IMG/VR virus record: IMGVR_UViG_3300029288_000086
Location: 64,001-128,000 of that record
DNA length: 64,000 bases
Direction: 5' to 3' (one strand)
DNA from: a virus
Taxonomy: Duplodnaviria > Caudoviricetes
Of this stretch, positions 49,851 to 61,026 are shown piece by piece. The notes under the pieces are model-generated. The model searched no databases. It was not told the origin of the DNA and saw only the letters and a list, made by a program, of their open reading frames with translations. The position numbers and the translations under genes were made by a program. Within the stretch, counting starts at the first letter, position 1; each line of letters starts with the position of its first letter.

Positions 49851-50030
49851 TTATCCTCTTAAATTTTCAATATAACTTTTAGCTAAACTTTCCGCTATTG
49901 TATAGGATGGCAAGCCATCAGTTACATGAGTTAAAACAGTTTCACCAGTGGAAAGTTTACCAAATATTTTGAATCCCCAAATTGATCTCCCGTTAACTTT
50001 CTGGTATGTAATCTCAATGTTATGTCCCAT
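49851..50030 (-). CDS. Hypothetical early protein
   Basis: ATG 50030 behind GGAGG; promoter TTGACA-16-TATAAT at 50096-50069. Confidence 0.55.
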   Translation of the reverse strand: MGHNIEITYQKVNGRSIWGFKIFGKLSTGETVLTHVTDGLPSYTIAESLAKSYIENLRG

Positions 50031-50534
50031 TTTTTTATCCTCCAAAAATTAGTTAATCAGATAATCTCATTATAACCATTATATTTAAATTGTCAAGGGT
50101 TTTTAAATATTCGCTTTAAATTGGTATTTATACTCATTTTACCCTGTTTTTATCGCTTCTACATTATATGCAAAATTCTCACTATAAAAATAATCTTTTT
50201 AACCTAAAATATGCCATTTTTAGCAATTTTAAGCATTATAGATATAAAGTATCATAATCATTGTACAAAACGATTACAGCGATTCCCACGAACCGATTTA
50301 AGATTGTTCTAATTTTCGTTAAGGTAATGTTCTATTTTTTGAATATAAAAATGGTTATTTTAGAAAATAATCTTAATAAAAGTTAAATATAATTTTGGTA
50401 TTAATAAGATTGAATTTTTAGTAAAATTTTAAGGTTGTTCTATAACATTTTTTAAGGTAAAATTCTACTATGTTCTATAATTTTGTGATATAATGATTTA
50501 TAAGTTAAATTCTATTTAAAAAAGGATAAAGAGG

Positions 50535-50855
50535 ATGACCGACCAAATAAAAAAACATACATTGTACCTTGGTTTGAATGATAAGGATACAGGAACTCAA
50601 AAAATCGGAACTATTGAAAGTTACAAAATTACTCAGAATATTTTAACAGAATTTTGTGATGGTGGTACAATATTTGAAGCACAAGGTTTTTATAAACACC
50701 AGAACGGAACTATAACACTAGAAAAAACCTTGAGAATTGAATTACTATTCATTGATGATCAAACCGTTAAAAAAATATGCGATATGCTGAAAACAGTTTT
50801 TAATCAGGAATCCATCGCTATACAGTCAGAGGTAATCAATTCGGAACTTTACTAA
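50535..50855 (+). CDS. DUF3574-like (GlnB/ferredoxin-like fold) protein
   Basis: LYLGLNDKDT..Q, G.TI.EA.G.Y....G....E.TL.I, LK..FNQESI. Confidence 0.6.
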   Translation: MTDQIKKHTLYLGLNDKDTGTQKIGTIESYKITQNILTEFCDGGTIFEAQGFYKHQNGTITLEKTLRIELLFIDDQTVKKICDMLKTVFNQESIAIQSEVINSELY

Positions 50856-50954
50856 AAGATTGTAGAATTATCAGATTATGTTATATTTTAATAACAGTAT
50901 AGCATAATCAAATAAGATTACAATTCGGTAATCTGTTAGAACAGTGAGGTTAAA

Positions 50955-53478
50955 ATGTGTACACTTAAACAAGCTAAAGAATTGTCAAAAAGTTTTGGTA
51001 ACAGAACAAAATATCCGACTCCTGGTCATGAACGGCTTGTCAAAGTAGAACCGGACGGATCGCGGGTATGGTTGCAAAATCATGCCGGTAAACTTCGATT
51101 AAACATTCAACAACTGGCAGGAGTATTTACATCATTTTATCATGCTTAACAGATTGTAATTTTATCACGCTAGACAATTTTAACAGAATTGTCTAGCCAC
51201 ATAAGGTTATAATCCTGTAACCGGTATAACAGTGAGGTTAAAAATGACAGATCAAGAGTATTTAGAACAACAGTGCAATAATGTAATGGTGGATCGACCA
51301 GAAAACATTAAAATGAAATTAATCTCCGAAACTGGCGAAACAAAATGGATTGACATAACAAGAAAACAAGTTAACGCTATGTTGGATGCATTAATCGAAA
51401 CTCTATAAAAAAGGATAAAACAAAATGCGTAAAATCATTAACAAAAAATGGATGATGGAGACCAGACAAGTTAAAAAATTCAATTTAAAAGTAGCACGAA
51501 AAAATAAAGAAAAAAGGATCGAATTTTTGACTAAAATTGAACTAAACTAATTTTATTTTGCCTCTTGTAATCTTGTTAACAGATGGTACAATAAGATTAC
51601 AAGCGCGGAAGTAAAATTAAAAAACTATATTCAAAAAGAATGGAGTAAAAAAATGTATACAGTAATTGCAGAAAAAAAGAACATTAAATACAAAAAATTT
51701 TTTTTATTCAGAAAAAACGCAGAAAAAACATTCCGATTTTTTTACGATGATACAAGCATGAATGTAACCCTATATCATTGGTTTAAAATTGAATTACAAT
51801 CAATTATTTGTTAATTCCAGCTCAAACCGTGCTATACTTGACATATAACACGGCCACAAGTGCAATTAACAAAAATAGAACACGCATTCTAATAAAACTC
51901 TTATTTCATGGGAATTAGAACAAAATACCTATGACATTTGACTTAAAAACTTATTACATTAACGCTTGACTCTCAACTTTAAAAATGATATAATTATTTA
52001 ACAATAAAAAAGAGGTCAAAACATGAACGCAAAATTTAACCAAGGTCAAAAAGTTTGTGACATAACCGGCAAAAGTTACACCATTAAAGAAGTTAGAACC
52101 GACCCGAACCCTGGCGGAACATTCTATTATATGTTTGTCAAGTTTGGCGCGTTCCCACTGGCAGAACGTCATTTATGGCCGTTATCAGAACAAAAAAGAC
52201 TTATTGCAGAACAAAAAGAACGTAGTAAAAACACTCCCAAGGTCAAATTATATCTATAATGGATAATATCATGAATAACAAACCTATAACAGACAAAATA
52301 ATTCAGTTGTGGCTTAACGGTTGCAAAATTGACCGGATCGCTGAACTGTTAGATTGTACAATAGAATTAGTTAATCAAACCGTTGAACGTGAGATATATC
52401 ATAACAACAACGACAAAAAGAATGAGGTTAAAAAATGAAATTATTATACTGCCCGAATTGTGCCGATGTTTTCAATCTTAATTTTAAAGACAAAAAATGT
52501 TCTTGTGGTCAAACAAGTGGACATTATTTATCTGATGGATTGCACGCCGTTTATGTTGGTGGTATTCCTCTTGGATTTAACAATCGTGTTTTTATGGATG
52601 CACTATCAACACAACCAATTAACGGCGCTGGGATGGACTTTCCGGCCTTTGTTATTTCTAAAACATGCGAAACATTCAAAAGATTAATATAACAGAAAAT
52701 TAGTACTTGACAAGTCTTAACAAAACGGTTACAATGCTTAACAGATAACACAATATAGATAACTGGAGGCTACAAAATGGATAAAAGAGAATTAATTCAT
52801 TGTGCTTTACAATATTTATGTAATTTAAAATCATCCAAAATCAAATACACATTAACTAATAATTATGATAATGTTATTGTCACAATAAATCCCAACAATA
52901 TTTTATATTATGTTTATTTTTTTGATACCGGAATTGTAAGAGTATTTAACAAAACTACCGAAGAAGAATTATAGAACATATATCCCAATAAAATACTCAT
53001 TTCATTTAAACTTAATTTAAGGTTTTGTTCTATGTTTGTTCTATTGTAATTATGCTATAAAGTAGTATAATTATTATAGATTAACAAATGGAGATAAAAA
53101 TGAACAAAAAATTAATCGAAGCTGTAAAATGGATAGCTTACAATGACAACAACAGCGATTTAAACGTTGAATCAATCGAAAACAATATAACAGTCGCTAT
53201 GGTTGCCGATTTATTTAAAAAATCCGAGCATCAAATCGCTGAATTAGTTTTAAAATATCGTATTGAGGATCAACAAAATGGATGATACCGTTTATTATTG
53301 TACTAAATGCGAAAGAAAACTGGACAGTAAAAAAATTGTCTGGCTAGAATTGAACAACGAAAACGGACAGTATTATTATCACTTGAAAGATAATCATATT
53401 CCCGAAAATGAATCTCAAGGTTTATTCCCCTTTGGCAGAGATTGTGCCTATAATATCGGGAATATCTGGAAGAGATAG
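50955..53478 (+). other. Cluster of small early ORFs (50955-51149, 51244-51408, 52023-52259, 52435-52692 Zn-binding, 52777-52974, 53100-53285, 53278-53478)
   Basis: Each with an SD or coupled start; promoters TTGACT-17-TATAAT 51966-51994 and TTGACA-17-TACAAT 52707-52735. Confidence 0.6.
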
Positions 53479-53834
53479 AACATATTTCCAATGAAATCTA
53501 TCTTTCATGGTGAATAGAACAAAAATTCTAAAACAGGAGTGCTAAAATGCTCGAATACAAATCAACCAATCATGCAAAAATAATTATCTCTAATCATAAT
53601 CAAGTATTGCGCAGAATGAAAAAAAATAAAAAATTTCATCATAATCATATTAATAAACTTGACGGATTCCTTTTTATTTTATCTCATAACATAGAAAAAT
53701 TACTTTATGAAAAATGATTAATTTAAGGTTATGTTCTATAAACTCTTAACTTATGTTCTATCATTAATAATCATATCGTGGTATACTTAACTTAATCAAG
53801 AAATCAAGCAAACATTCAAACAGGAGAAAATAAA

Positions 53835-54248
53835 ATGACTGACCCAACATGCAAAGATAGAATCAATCAAGAACTAAAAGACCGAATTTCAGATCTCAAA
53901 AAACTTTGGTCATTATATCAAATCGGTGACGAAAACGGCGATCCTGAACTCGGTCAATTCAACGAATATGGCCTATGTTTTGATTATATCGCCCCTGGCA
54001 CGTTCAATAATCAACGCAATGGATATTTCAGGTATCAATTATCCTATGGTGGGCCGTCCGATGAATTCCGGTTCTTTGTTGACAATGCCGGAAAACTCTA
54101 TAAAATCGAATACTGGTTTTTAGACTGGTATGACGGTTCATGCAAAAAATTGACCGGCTCAAATTATGAACTCATGGAAGAGATTTATAACTTCTTTGAT
54201 GAAATTGGAAGCACTGAAGCCGAATTTAACAAGGCTATGGAAGATTAA
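53835..54248 (+). CDS. Hypothetical early protein
   Basis: SD CAGGAG; QLSYGGPSDEFRF motif. Confidence 0.65.
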   Translation: MTDPTCKDRINQELKDRISDLKKLWSLYQIGDENGDPELGQFNEYGLCFDYIAPGTFNNQRNGYFRYQLSYGGPSDEFRFFVDNAGKLYKIEYWFLDWYDGSCKKLTGSNYELMEEIYNFFDEIGSTEAEFNKAMED

Positions 54249-54337
54249 TTTTATCCTGACCATATAACCGGATTACATAACACTTAACATAATCCGGTTA
54301 TAAAATGAGTGTAAAATTAAACAATGGAGGCTTAACA

Positions 54338-54526
54338 ATGGCATACAAACGATTAACACAAGATGAGTACACGGTTCAGGGCAATTATGGTCAAGGCTGG
54401 GAAGACGTAACAGCCGAACCGACACGCAAAGAATGCAAAGAACGGTTAAAAGAATACCGCGAGAATGAACCAATGTACCCTCATAGAATGATTGTCCGCC
54501 GTGTTAGAATCTTACAGGTGACTTAA
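54338..54526 (+). CDS. Hypothetical early protein
   Basis: SD GGAGG; VQGNYGQGWEDV..E...LKEYREN. Confidence 0.6.
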   Translation: MAYKRLTQDEYTVQGNYGQGWEDVTAEPTRKECKERLKEYRENEPMYPHRMIVRRVRILQVT

Positions 54527-55827
54527 CATGCCGGTTATAATCTTCGGGTTCGCTCTCTTTATTATATTGTTGGCGTTTTGCGGATTGTATAAACTCATAA
54601 CAGGAAAGGATTTGAAATAATGAAAAACACTATTGAAACTTTAATACACATTGACAAATTAGATGATGGTAGGTATCATTTAACTATGTCGTGGATGAGT
54701 GTACAGGGTTTTGCAATTATGCAACGCAAGGCAGATTTTAAAACCATTGCTGAGAGTACCGGATGGATCGAATCAACACAAAAAGAATTTGAAAATATCC
54801 TGGCTGAAGAACAGGAACAAGAACAGGAATAAACCGCTTAACAGCCGGTCAAATATCAATCAGACAATGAAAGGATAAACTAAAATGTGGATAACAGCAT
54901 ACAATCATAAAAATGGTGGACGGTTCGTGTCTCAACAAAATTATAACCTCTTATCTTTTCTTTTCTATGCTTTAAGATATGGTTATAGGTCTTTTCATTT
55001 TAGCATAAATTTTGTGAAAGCAGATCAATTTAAAAGATAGAACATCCTTCCCATGAAATAACCTTTTCATTGTGGCAAGTTTACTTAACAGAAAGGATTA
55101 AACAGATGACAAATTATTGGAGCTGTAATTTTGAAAAAGCAAAAACCGACCATTATATTATTTCTGAAAAACGAAACGATTTTTTAGGAATTGTAGAAAG
55201 CTATACAATTTGTGGCAAAACAATATTTGTCAGTCTAGATGTTCTTTCTCAACACTCAACAAATCGTAAACATTGTAAAAAATGCGAATTATTATTAAAG
55301 AATAAAAACTTAATAGGATCAATCTAATGGACGAATTATTAATAATCCGTTTTCAGGATCACATGGCAGACCTAAAACTTCCTAATTGTCTTATTAACTA
55401 CTGGATGGGTAGACTCTACGAAGGGACGCTAACAGAATTACGACTAAAATTTTTATTATATTCTGATACTGATGATTTTCAAAGGGACTATGATTTTTCA
55501 ATCAATTATTAAAACCTTAAAAGACTCAAATCTTTTAAGGTTTTGTTCTATTTTGTTCTATTGTATTTTTGAAATTATCGGTTATAATTGAATTAAGAAA
55601 TTAACCAACAAAGGAGACCAAATTATGTGGCAGACAAAATACTTCAAAACATACGAACAGGCACAAAGTTGGATAACAAAAAATTATCATAAATACCAGA
55701 TGGAACTAATTTTCATCAATCAAAAAACTGAAAAATCCGCTGGCTATTTTGAAGGTTGCGAAGGTGGTCATAATGGATGGCATAATGCAGAAATTCAATC
55801 CTAACAGGAATAGGAGAATAAATACCA

Positions 55828-56186
55828 TGAATAAAAAATATACCGAACGCAAAGCTCGATTATTCCCAAACGGCAAACCCCGTTACATCCGATGCTATGA
55901 TAACGGCGGGGAAACCGCAGACCGCTATACTGTATGTTTTACCGGTCATTATACCCAAAATACAGCCGGTATGCATTGGAATCTAGCCATGAACGCTAGT
56001 CCGTTTCATCCGCAAGGTATCGGTATGCATTGCGATAGTAACATGCCAATTGACCGACCTACATACGGGCATCTTGGCAAGAAAATAAGTTTCGATCAAC
56101 TACCTGAAGATTGTCAAAAACTAGTATTACAAAATTATGTTTATCTCTGGTCTATAACAGACCATCCATTATATTCAGAGTCTTAA
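55828..56186 (+). CDS. Hypothetical early protein
   Basis: ATG 55828 behind AGGAG; IRCYDNGGETADRYTV...HLGKKISF..LP. Confidence 0.65.
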
Positions 56187-56224
56187 CAGCATAACCAATT
56201 CAGATACCGAAAGGATAAAATAAC

Positions 56225-56830
56225 ATGACAGCAAAACAGAAATTTGACATTAAAATAAAATGGGAAGATGACGATAACCCTGATTTATCATGGTTGGGAA
56301 CTTACAAGGGGGATAAGCCCAAAACCGCATACGTTGATCGAAAAAATAATTTATTGGTAGTGCCCGACCGCAGATTAATGAAAACTTTTGGTACGTATGA
56401 ACAAGCCGATAATTTTAATCAAGAACTGGAAGACTTAAATATTCGTACTGATTTCTGGCAGGAAGAAAACGAGAACGGGAAATTTGATGTAAAATATGTA
56501 TTCTATAAAGAATTACCTTTCTCATGCCGGTTTGGACGTAACGATTACCAATATATCGAATCTTGGAACTATCCGAAACCTACTGATGAAGAACTGGAGT
56601 ACATCATACAAGATACACGGTTATTAGAATCTTGTGGTGATAGCTGGTATATGCGCGGATGTATTGTAACAGCGTCATTAAATGGCGTTGAACTAGGATC
56701 AGACTCTATATTGGGGCTAAACTCCATGATGACCGAAGAAGAAAGCCAACAAGTTATTGATGAACTGACAGAAAATGCCATAACAGAAGCCAGAAATCAG
56801 TTGAAACTGTTACAATATGCAAAGGTGTAA
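56225..56830 (+). CDS. Acidic hypothetical early protein
   Basis: SD AAGGA; W...G..VTA...G.ELGSDS..G. Confidence 0.65.
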   Translation: MTAKQKFDIKIKWEDDDNPDLSWLGTYKGDKPKTAYVDRKNNLLVVPDRRLMKTFGTYEQADNFNQELEDLNIRTDFWQEENENGKFDVKYVFYKELPFSCRFGRNDYQYIESWNYPKPTDEELEYIIQDTRLLESCGDSWYMRGCIVTASLNGVELGSDSILGLNSMMTEEESQQVIDELTENAITEARNQLKLLQYAKV

Positions 56831-57518
56831 CTATGAGACTTAACAGCCGTATCCGTGGCTTTTTACTACAACTAATCAAACCATCTGGCAATATAAAAGA
56901 AATACAAAAAGCTGAACGCGCCTTGAAAATCATTGAACGTGGCAGGATTTTTGAATCAGAATTAATCTGGCTGTCAATGATAGGCTATAAACCTCAATAA
57001 CCCTTGACAATACTCTTAACAGTAGGCTATAATTAGATTACGAAAGGATAACAGATGACATTATATCAATGGCTACAAAGCCAAAACATAAAACCTCAAT
57101 CACTGACCGGCAAAAAGATTAACCTATTAAAATATATCGAAGGTTCAAAACGTCCTCAACAAACCGGTTATAACTATGAAAATATGGGTAAAGTCAAAGC
57201 TATTGATAAATGGAAAATCACTTTTGAAAATGGTGGATCGTGGTATGCCGGTGAACAAATAGGAACTGATTACACCGCCAACTCGTGGAAAATTGAAGTA
57301 TTAGGATAATAAGAGGAGATTGATAAAATGAATAAAATTATAGCCAGAAAGTTAAGAAGTAGTAATACAAATAAGCTAGCAAATAATGTGTTTATTTCCA
57401 AAGAAGACGGAACACTGGAGCGATTCGAATGGAATAAATACTACCATGTTTATAATTCTTCAGATAATTATCATCAATTAACATCTGATGAATTAAAAAA
57501 TATTGATTGGGATTGGGA

Positions 57519-57552
57519 ATAGAACAATTGTTCCATGAAATAATCCTTTTAT
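57519..57552 (+). promoter_or_regulatory. Full GAAC-N4-GTTC (LexA-type) box fused to the palindromic motif
   Basis: atAGAACaattGTTCcATGAAAtaatccTTTTAT. Confidence 0.6.
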
Positions 57553-58067
57553 GGGGTAATTTTCAATCGGATTTAATAACAGGAGGATAAAAATGGATAC
57601 TGAATATTTTACTTTCAAAGATGGCATTATAACAGTCAAGATTAGTTCTAATGTATCAGATAGAACGTTAACAGAAATAAATAACATAATTGATACTTTC
57701 AACAAAATCTTGCCTGGAAATTGTCAAGTTGTATTACAAGGTAATAATCTATATTTTTCTGATCAAGTTGATTATTATCTTATTGATGAAAATTTTGATA
57801 CAACTATTTACTAGGAGGTATAATCATGTGGCATACTAATAACAGCATACCTGAACTCGGTCAAAAAATAAAATACAAAGATCAAAATGGTATGACCCAT
57901 GTAGGGATATTCCATGCAGATACCGATTACTGGCTAGTGCATGACCTTGTGGGCGGTATTATTACCCCTTGGCATAATGTAATTGAATGGCAGGGCTTTG
58001 AACCGGCTTTAACGGATGTCTGGTACTTTAATTTTCTGTTGGCTGAAATTGAATCCGAACTAGCATA

Positions 58068-58101
58068 ATAGAACATCTGTTCCATGAAAGAGTGGTTTCA
58101 T
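58068..58101 (+). promoter_or_regulatory. Full GAAC-N4-GTTC (LexA-type) box fused to the palindromic motif
   Basis: atAGAACatctGTTCcATGAAAgagtggTTTCAT. Confidence 0.6.
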
Positions 58102-58368
58102 GGTGTATGACAAAAACTATCTAATTTGAAAGGATTAAAATTATGTATGATAATTATGAGAGATATACTAGTAAGAATTTATTTAGTGATAAAACAATTG
58201 GATTTTTAGCCTTTGTGACTGACTGGAATCAATTCGCTATTGGAATAAAAATCTATAAACATAAAAAATATTCCAGTTATAAAACTTCTTTTCGTTTATC
58301 TTTTGCTTTTTGGTATATTGAATTTAGTACTAGAAATCTTGAAAATTTACCGAGATAACCAAACACCT

Positions 58369-58493
58369 CACCACATACCCCATTTAACCCTATCAGGAAC
58401 CTCTAGGAACGATTTATACAACAAATTGGACAAATATACACTATAACCATTTAAATCGTTTGTAGGGCTTCCTGTGGGATAAAATTTGTGGTG
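58369..58493. repeat. Long imperfect inverted repeat (about 125 bp)
   Basis: CACCACA..CAGGAA..AACGATTTA / TAAATCGTT..TTCCTG..TGTGGTG. Confidence 0.6.
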
Positions 58494-58537
58494 ATATAAG
58501 GTTGAACATTAGAAAACTTAAATTAATTGAAAAGTAC

Positions 58538-58566
58538 TTGACTTTTGCGAAAACCGACTATATAAT
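58538..58566 (+). promoter_or_regulatory. Sigma70/SigA promoter
   Basis: TTGACT-17-TATAAT. Confidence 0.7.
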
Positions 58567-58573
58567 ATTATTA

Positions 58574-58698
58574 TGAAATGAAATAAGGCGCTCGAATAAA
58601 ATATCGGATATAAAGAATCACTAAAATAAAAACGCCCAATAAATATAAATCGAGATTTTTAGTAGGAGCGTGACCTACACCGAAGCGCCGAAATTTCA
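58574..58698 (+). ncRNA. Candidate structured small RNA or leader
   Basis: Starts just after the promoter; closing GGCGCU/AGCGCC stem and GUAGG-agcguga-CCUAC hairpin. Confidence 0.4.
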
Positions 58699-58729
58699 AA
58701 TTAAAAATAATTTGTGAAAGGTTTTTATA

Positions 58730-60960
58730 ATGTTTGAGATAATCGAAAAACTAAAGTCTGGCGCTTGTAAAGGATCAACAGTTAGTGGTACTGATAACGT
58801 AATCAAAAAACTGTCTTCTTTAAAGCATGAGGCAATTGTCAAGCAAAATGGGAAAATCGTTGGCAGGTGCTGGAAAAAAGATAACGGACATTGGAATTAT
58901 TATTTAGATCAAACGGTGTAACACAAAACAAAAAATAGTTTACGAAAGGAAAATAAAAATGAGTACAACCTTTAAAAGAATAACTGGAAAATTTGAAGAT
59001 TACAGTAACCGCCCTACCAATTTTGAAAGTGGAAAATTTCCAACACCAGAATATAAAGATAACGAATTATCTTTGACTTCTTTTGCTGGTGGCAAGGAAA
59101 GAGGCCGGTGCTTGCAAGTAACGTTGCATGATAGTATTGGCTATGCCCAATTTACTAAAGATCAAGCAACAGAACTTCGTGACGCTTTAAACTCATGGCT
59201 GAATGGCGAAGAATTGACAGACGTATAAATTCCCATGAAATGTCAATTTCATTAGCCTTAACAGAAAAGGAGAATTAGATCATGAGATGGAATAAAATTG
59301 ATTGGGACGCTATAAGCAATTTTAACGATGAACATGATGAAAATGAGGATATTGATTGGGGTAAAATCGTTCCCGCATTATTCCTAAGTAGTGGACTTCC
59401 CACTAACGATAAAGCAATTTATCTTCTCCGTGAAAAAATGGATAGTGGCGATTATCATTATTGGATTGGTATGTATGAACCTGATTTTTCTATGCCATAT
59501 TTTTACGATCCAGAAATGGTAAACGATTCTGAAATTACTGATAACTACTTTTATCCTGAAGCATGGGTTGAAATAACAAACGAGGATATATAAATGGAAG
59601 AACTAATTAAAAAACTTGAATATGCTAAAAAAGCAGTATTATCTACACTTGGGAATGCTGATTGTTCCGTTGATTTTCACGGACTTACTTATTGGGCTTC
59701 AGAAGTTGAACGACTACGCACTGAAATTAAAAAGATGCTATAACAGAACCGGAGGCTTACATGACTAGGGTTCAAAAACAGCGTATACATGCAACACGAA
59801 GGGCTAAACAACGTTACGGGCTAGAACTAGATAAGTCTGACATAGATAAAATCATAAATCTTATTCAGAACCGTGGAGCCGTTGAGACAAAGAAATTAAC
59901 CAACGCTAGAACCTTACACGTTATACAGTACAAAGAGCAAGAACTGAAAGTTATTTATGACAAAAAGAGACACAATGTTTGTACTTTCATGCCTATTGAA
60001 TGGGCTGGAGCTTAATAACAGGAATGGAGGATTGAATGACCTATCAAATTTTTTATATCAGTTTTGGCCGTACTTGCCCTTTGTCAGAGCTAGAACCTGA
60101 AAAATTTGGCATTGAATTTAAATCACCAGAAGAAGCGTCGGAATGTTTTCACGCATGGGTTGACGCTGGGTTCGTGAATTACCCAAAAGCGACTTTCATA
60201 ATTTTGCCAGTAATCAAATAACAGGAAGGATAAACCGATGTCTGAAGAAAAAAAACAAGAATATATTCGATGGTATTATCAAAAAGTCCTTGATGATTTG
60301 GGACTAAAAGAATCAGAATTAACACCCTACCAAAAACAAGCACTATACGAAAATCTCGAATTATTTATGATGGAGTTCATTAAATAAAAATAGAAAGGAG
60401 AATATAATGTTTGAACACGGATCAAATAGTTGGAATGGAATTAAGGTTCGTAAGAACGGTGTAGAAGGCGTGGTAGTAAAGGATTGGAATGCCTATCGCC
60501 GTATTCTAACCGTTGATATGGAAAACGGAATTGAGGAAACAATTACAATGAACAATATGGGTAGAGACCCTGAATCAGTACACGATTGGGAATGGCTGGA
60601 TGACAGAGGATCAAGTAAAGAACATCCAGAATGGTATAGATTTTAATCTCCATGAAACTTTTCTTTCATGTAAAATTGGTGCTTGACATTGCTTAACAGA
60701 AGTGCTACTATGAATACCGAGAGGAGACAAAACTTATGAATAACAAAACCGAACAAGAACAATTTCTCAAAGATTTAACCCAAAACATTTTGGACGATAT
60801 TCTTGGTCACTTATCAGATGGTGATATTCCCGAAAATTGGGATGGTATTGAACTCCGGTGGTTGTTGGCTGAAAAGTTTACTGACTCTGCTAGTCTTTGC
60901 GACAAGGCAACAAAACGCCGAAAAGATTATAAAAATTGGATGTTGGTCAATAACCTATAA
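58730..60960 (+). other. Run of small early ORFs (58730, 58959, 59282, 59594, 59761, 60036, 60238, 60407, 60736)
   Basis: SD-preceded or coupled ORFs; 59761 has HA.RR..QRYG motif; promoter TTGACA-17-TACTAT 60683-60711. Confidence 0.6.
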
Positions 60961-61026
60961 CAGCCAATAAAAGAACGATTTCATGGTACTTAACAGACAA
61001 TTATATACAGATAAAAGGAGAAAATA

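Larger units (their letters stand above)
57004..58358 (+). other. Promoter and five small early ORFs (57055, 57328, 57593, 57826, 58143)
   Basis: TTGACA-18-TATAAT at 57004-57033; SDs before each ORF. Confidence 0.6.
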
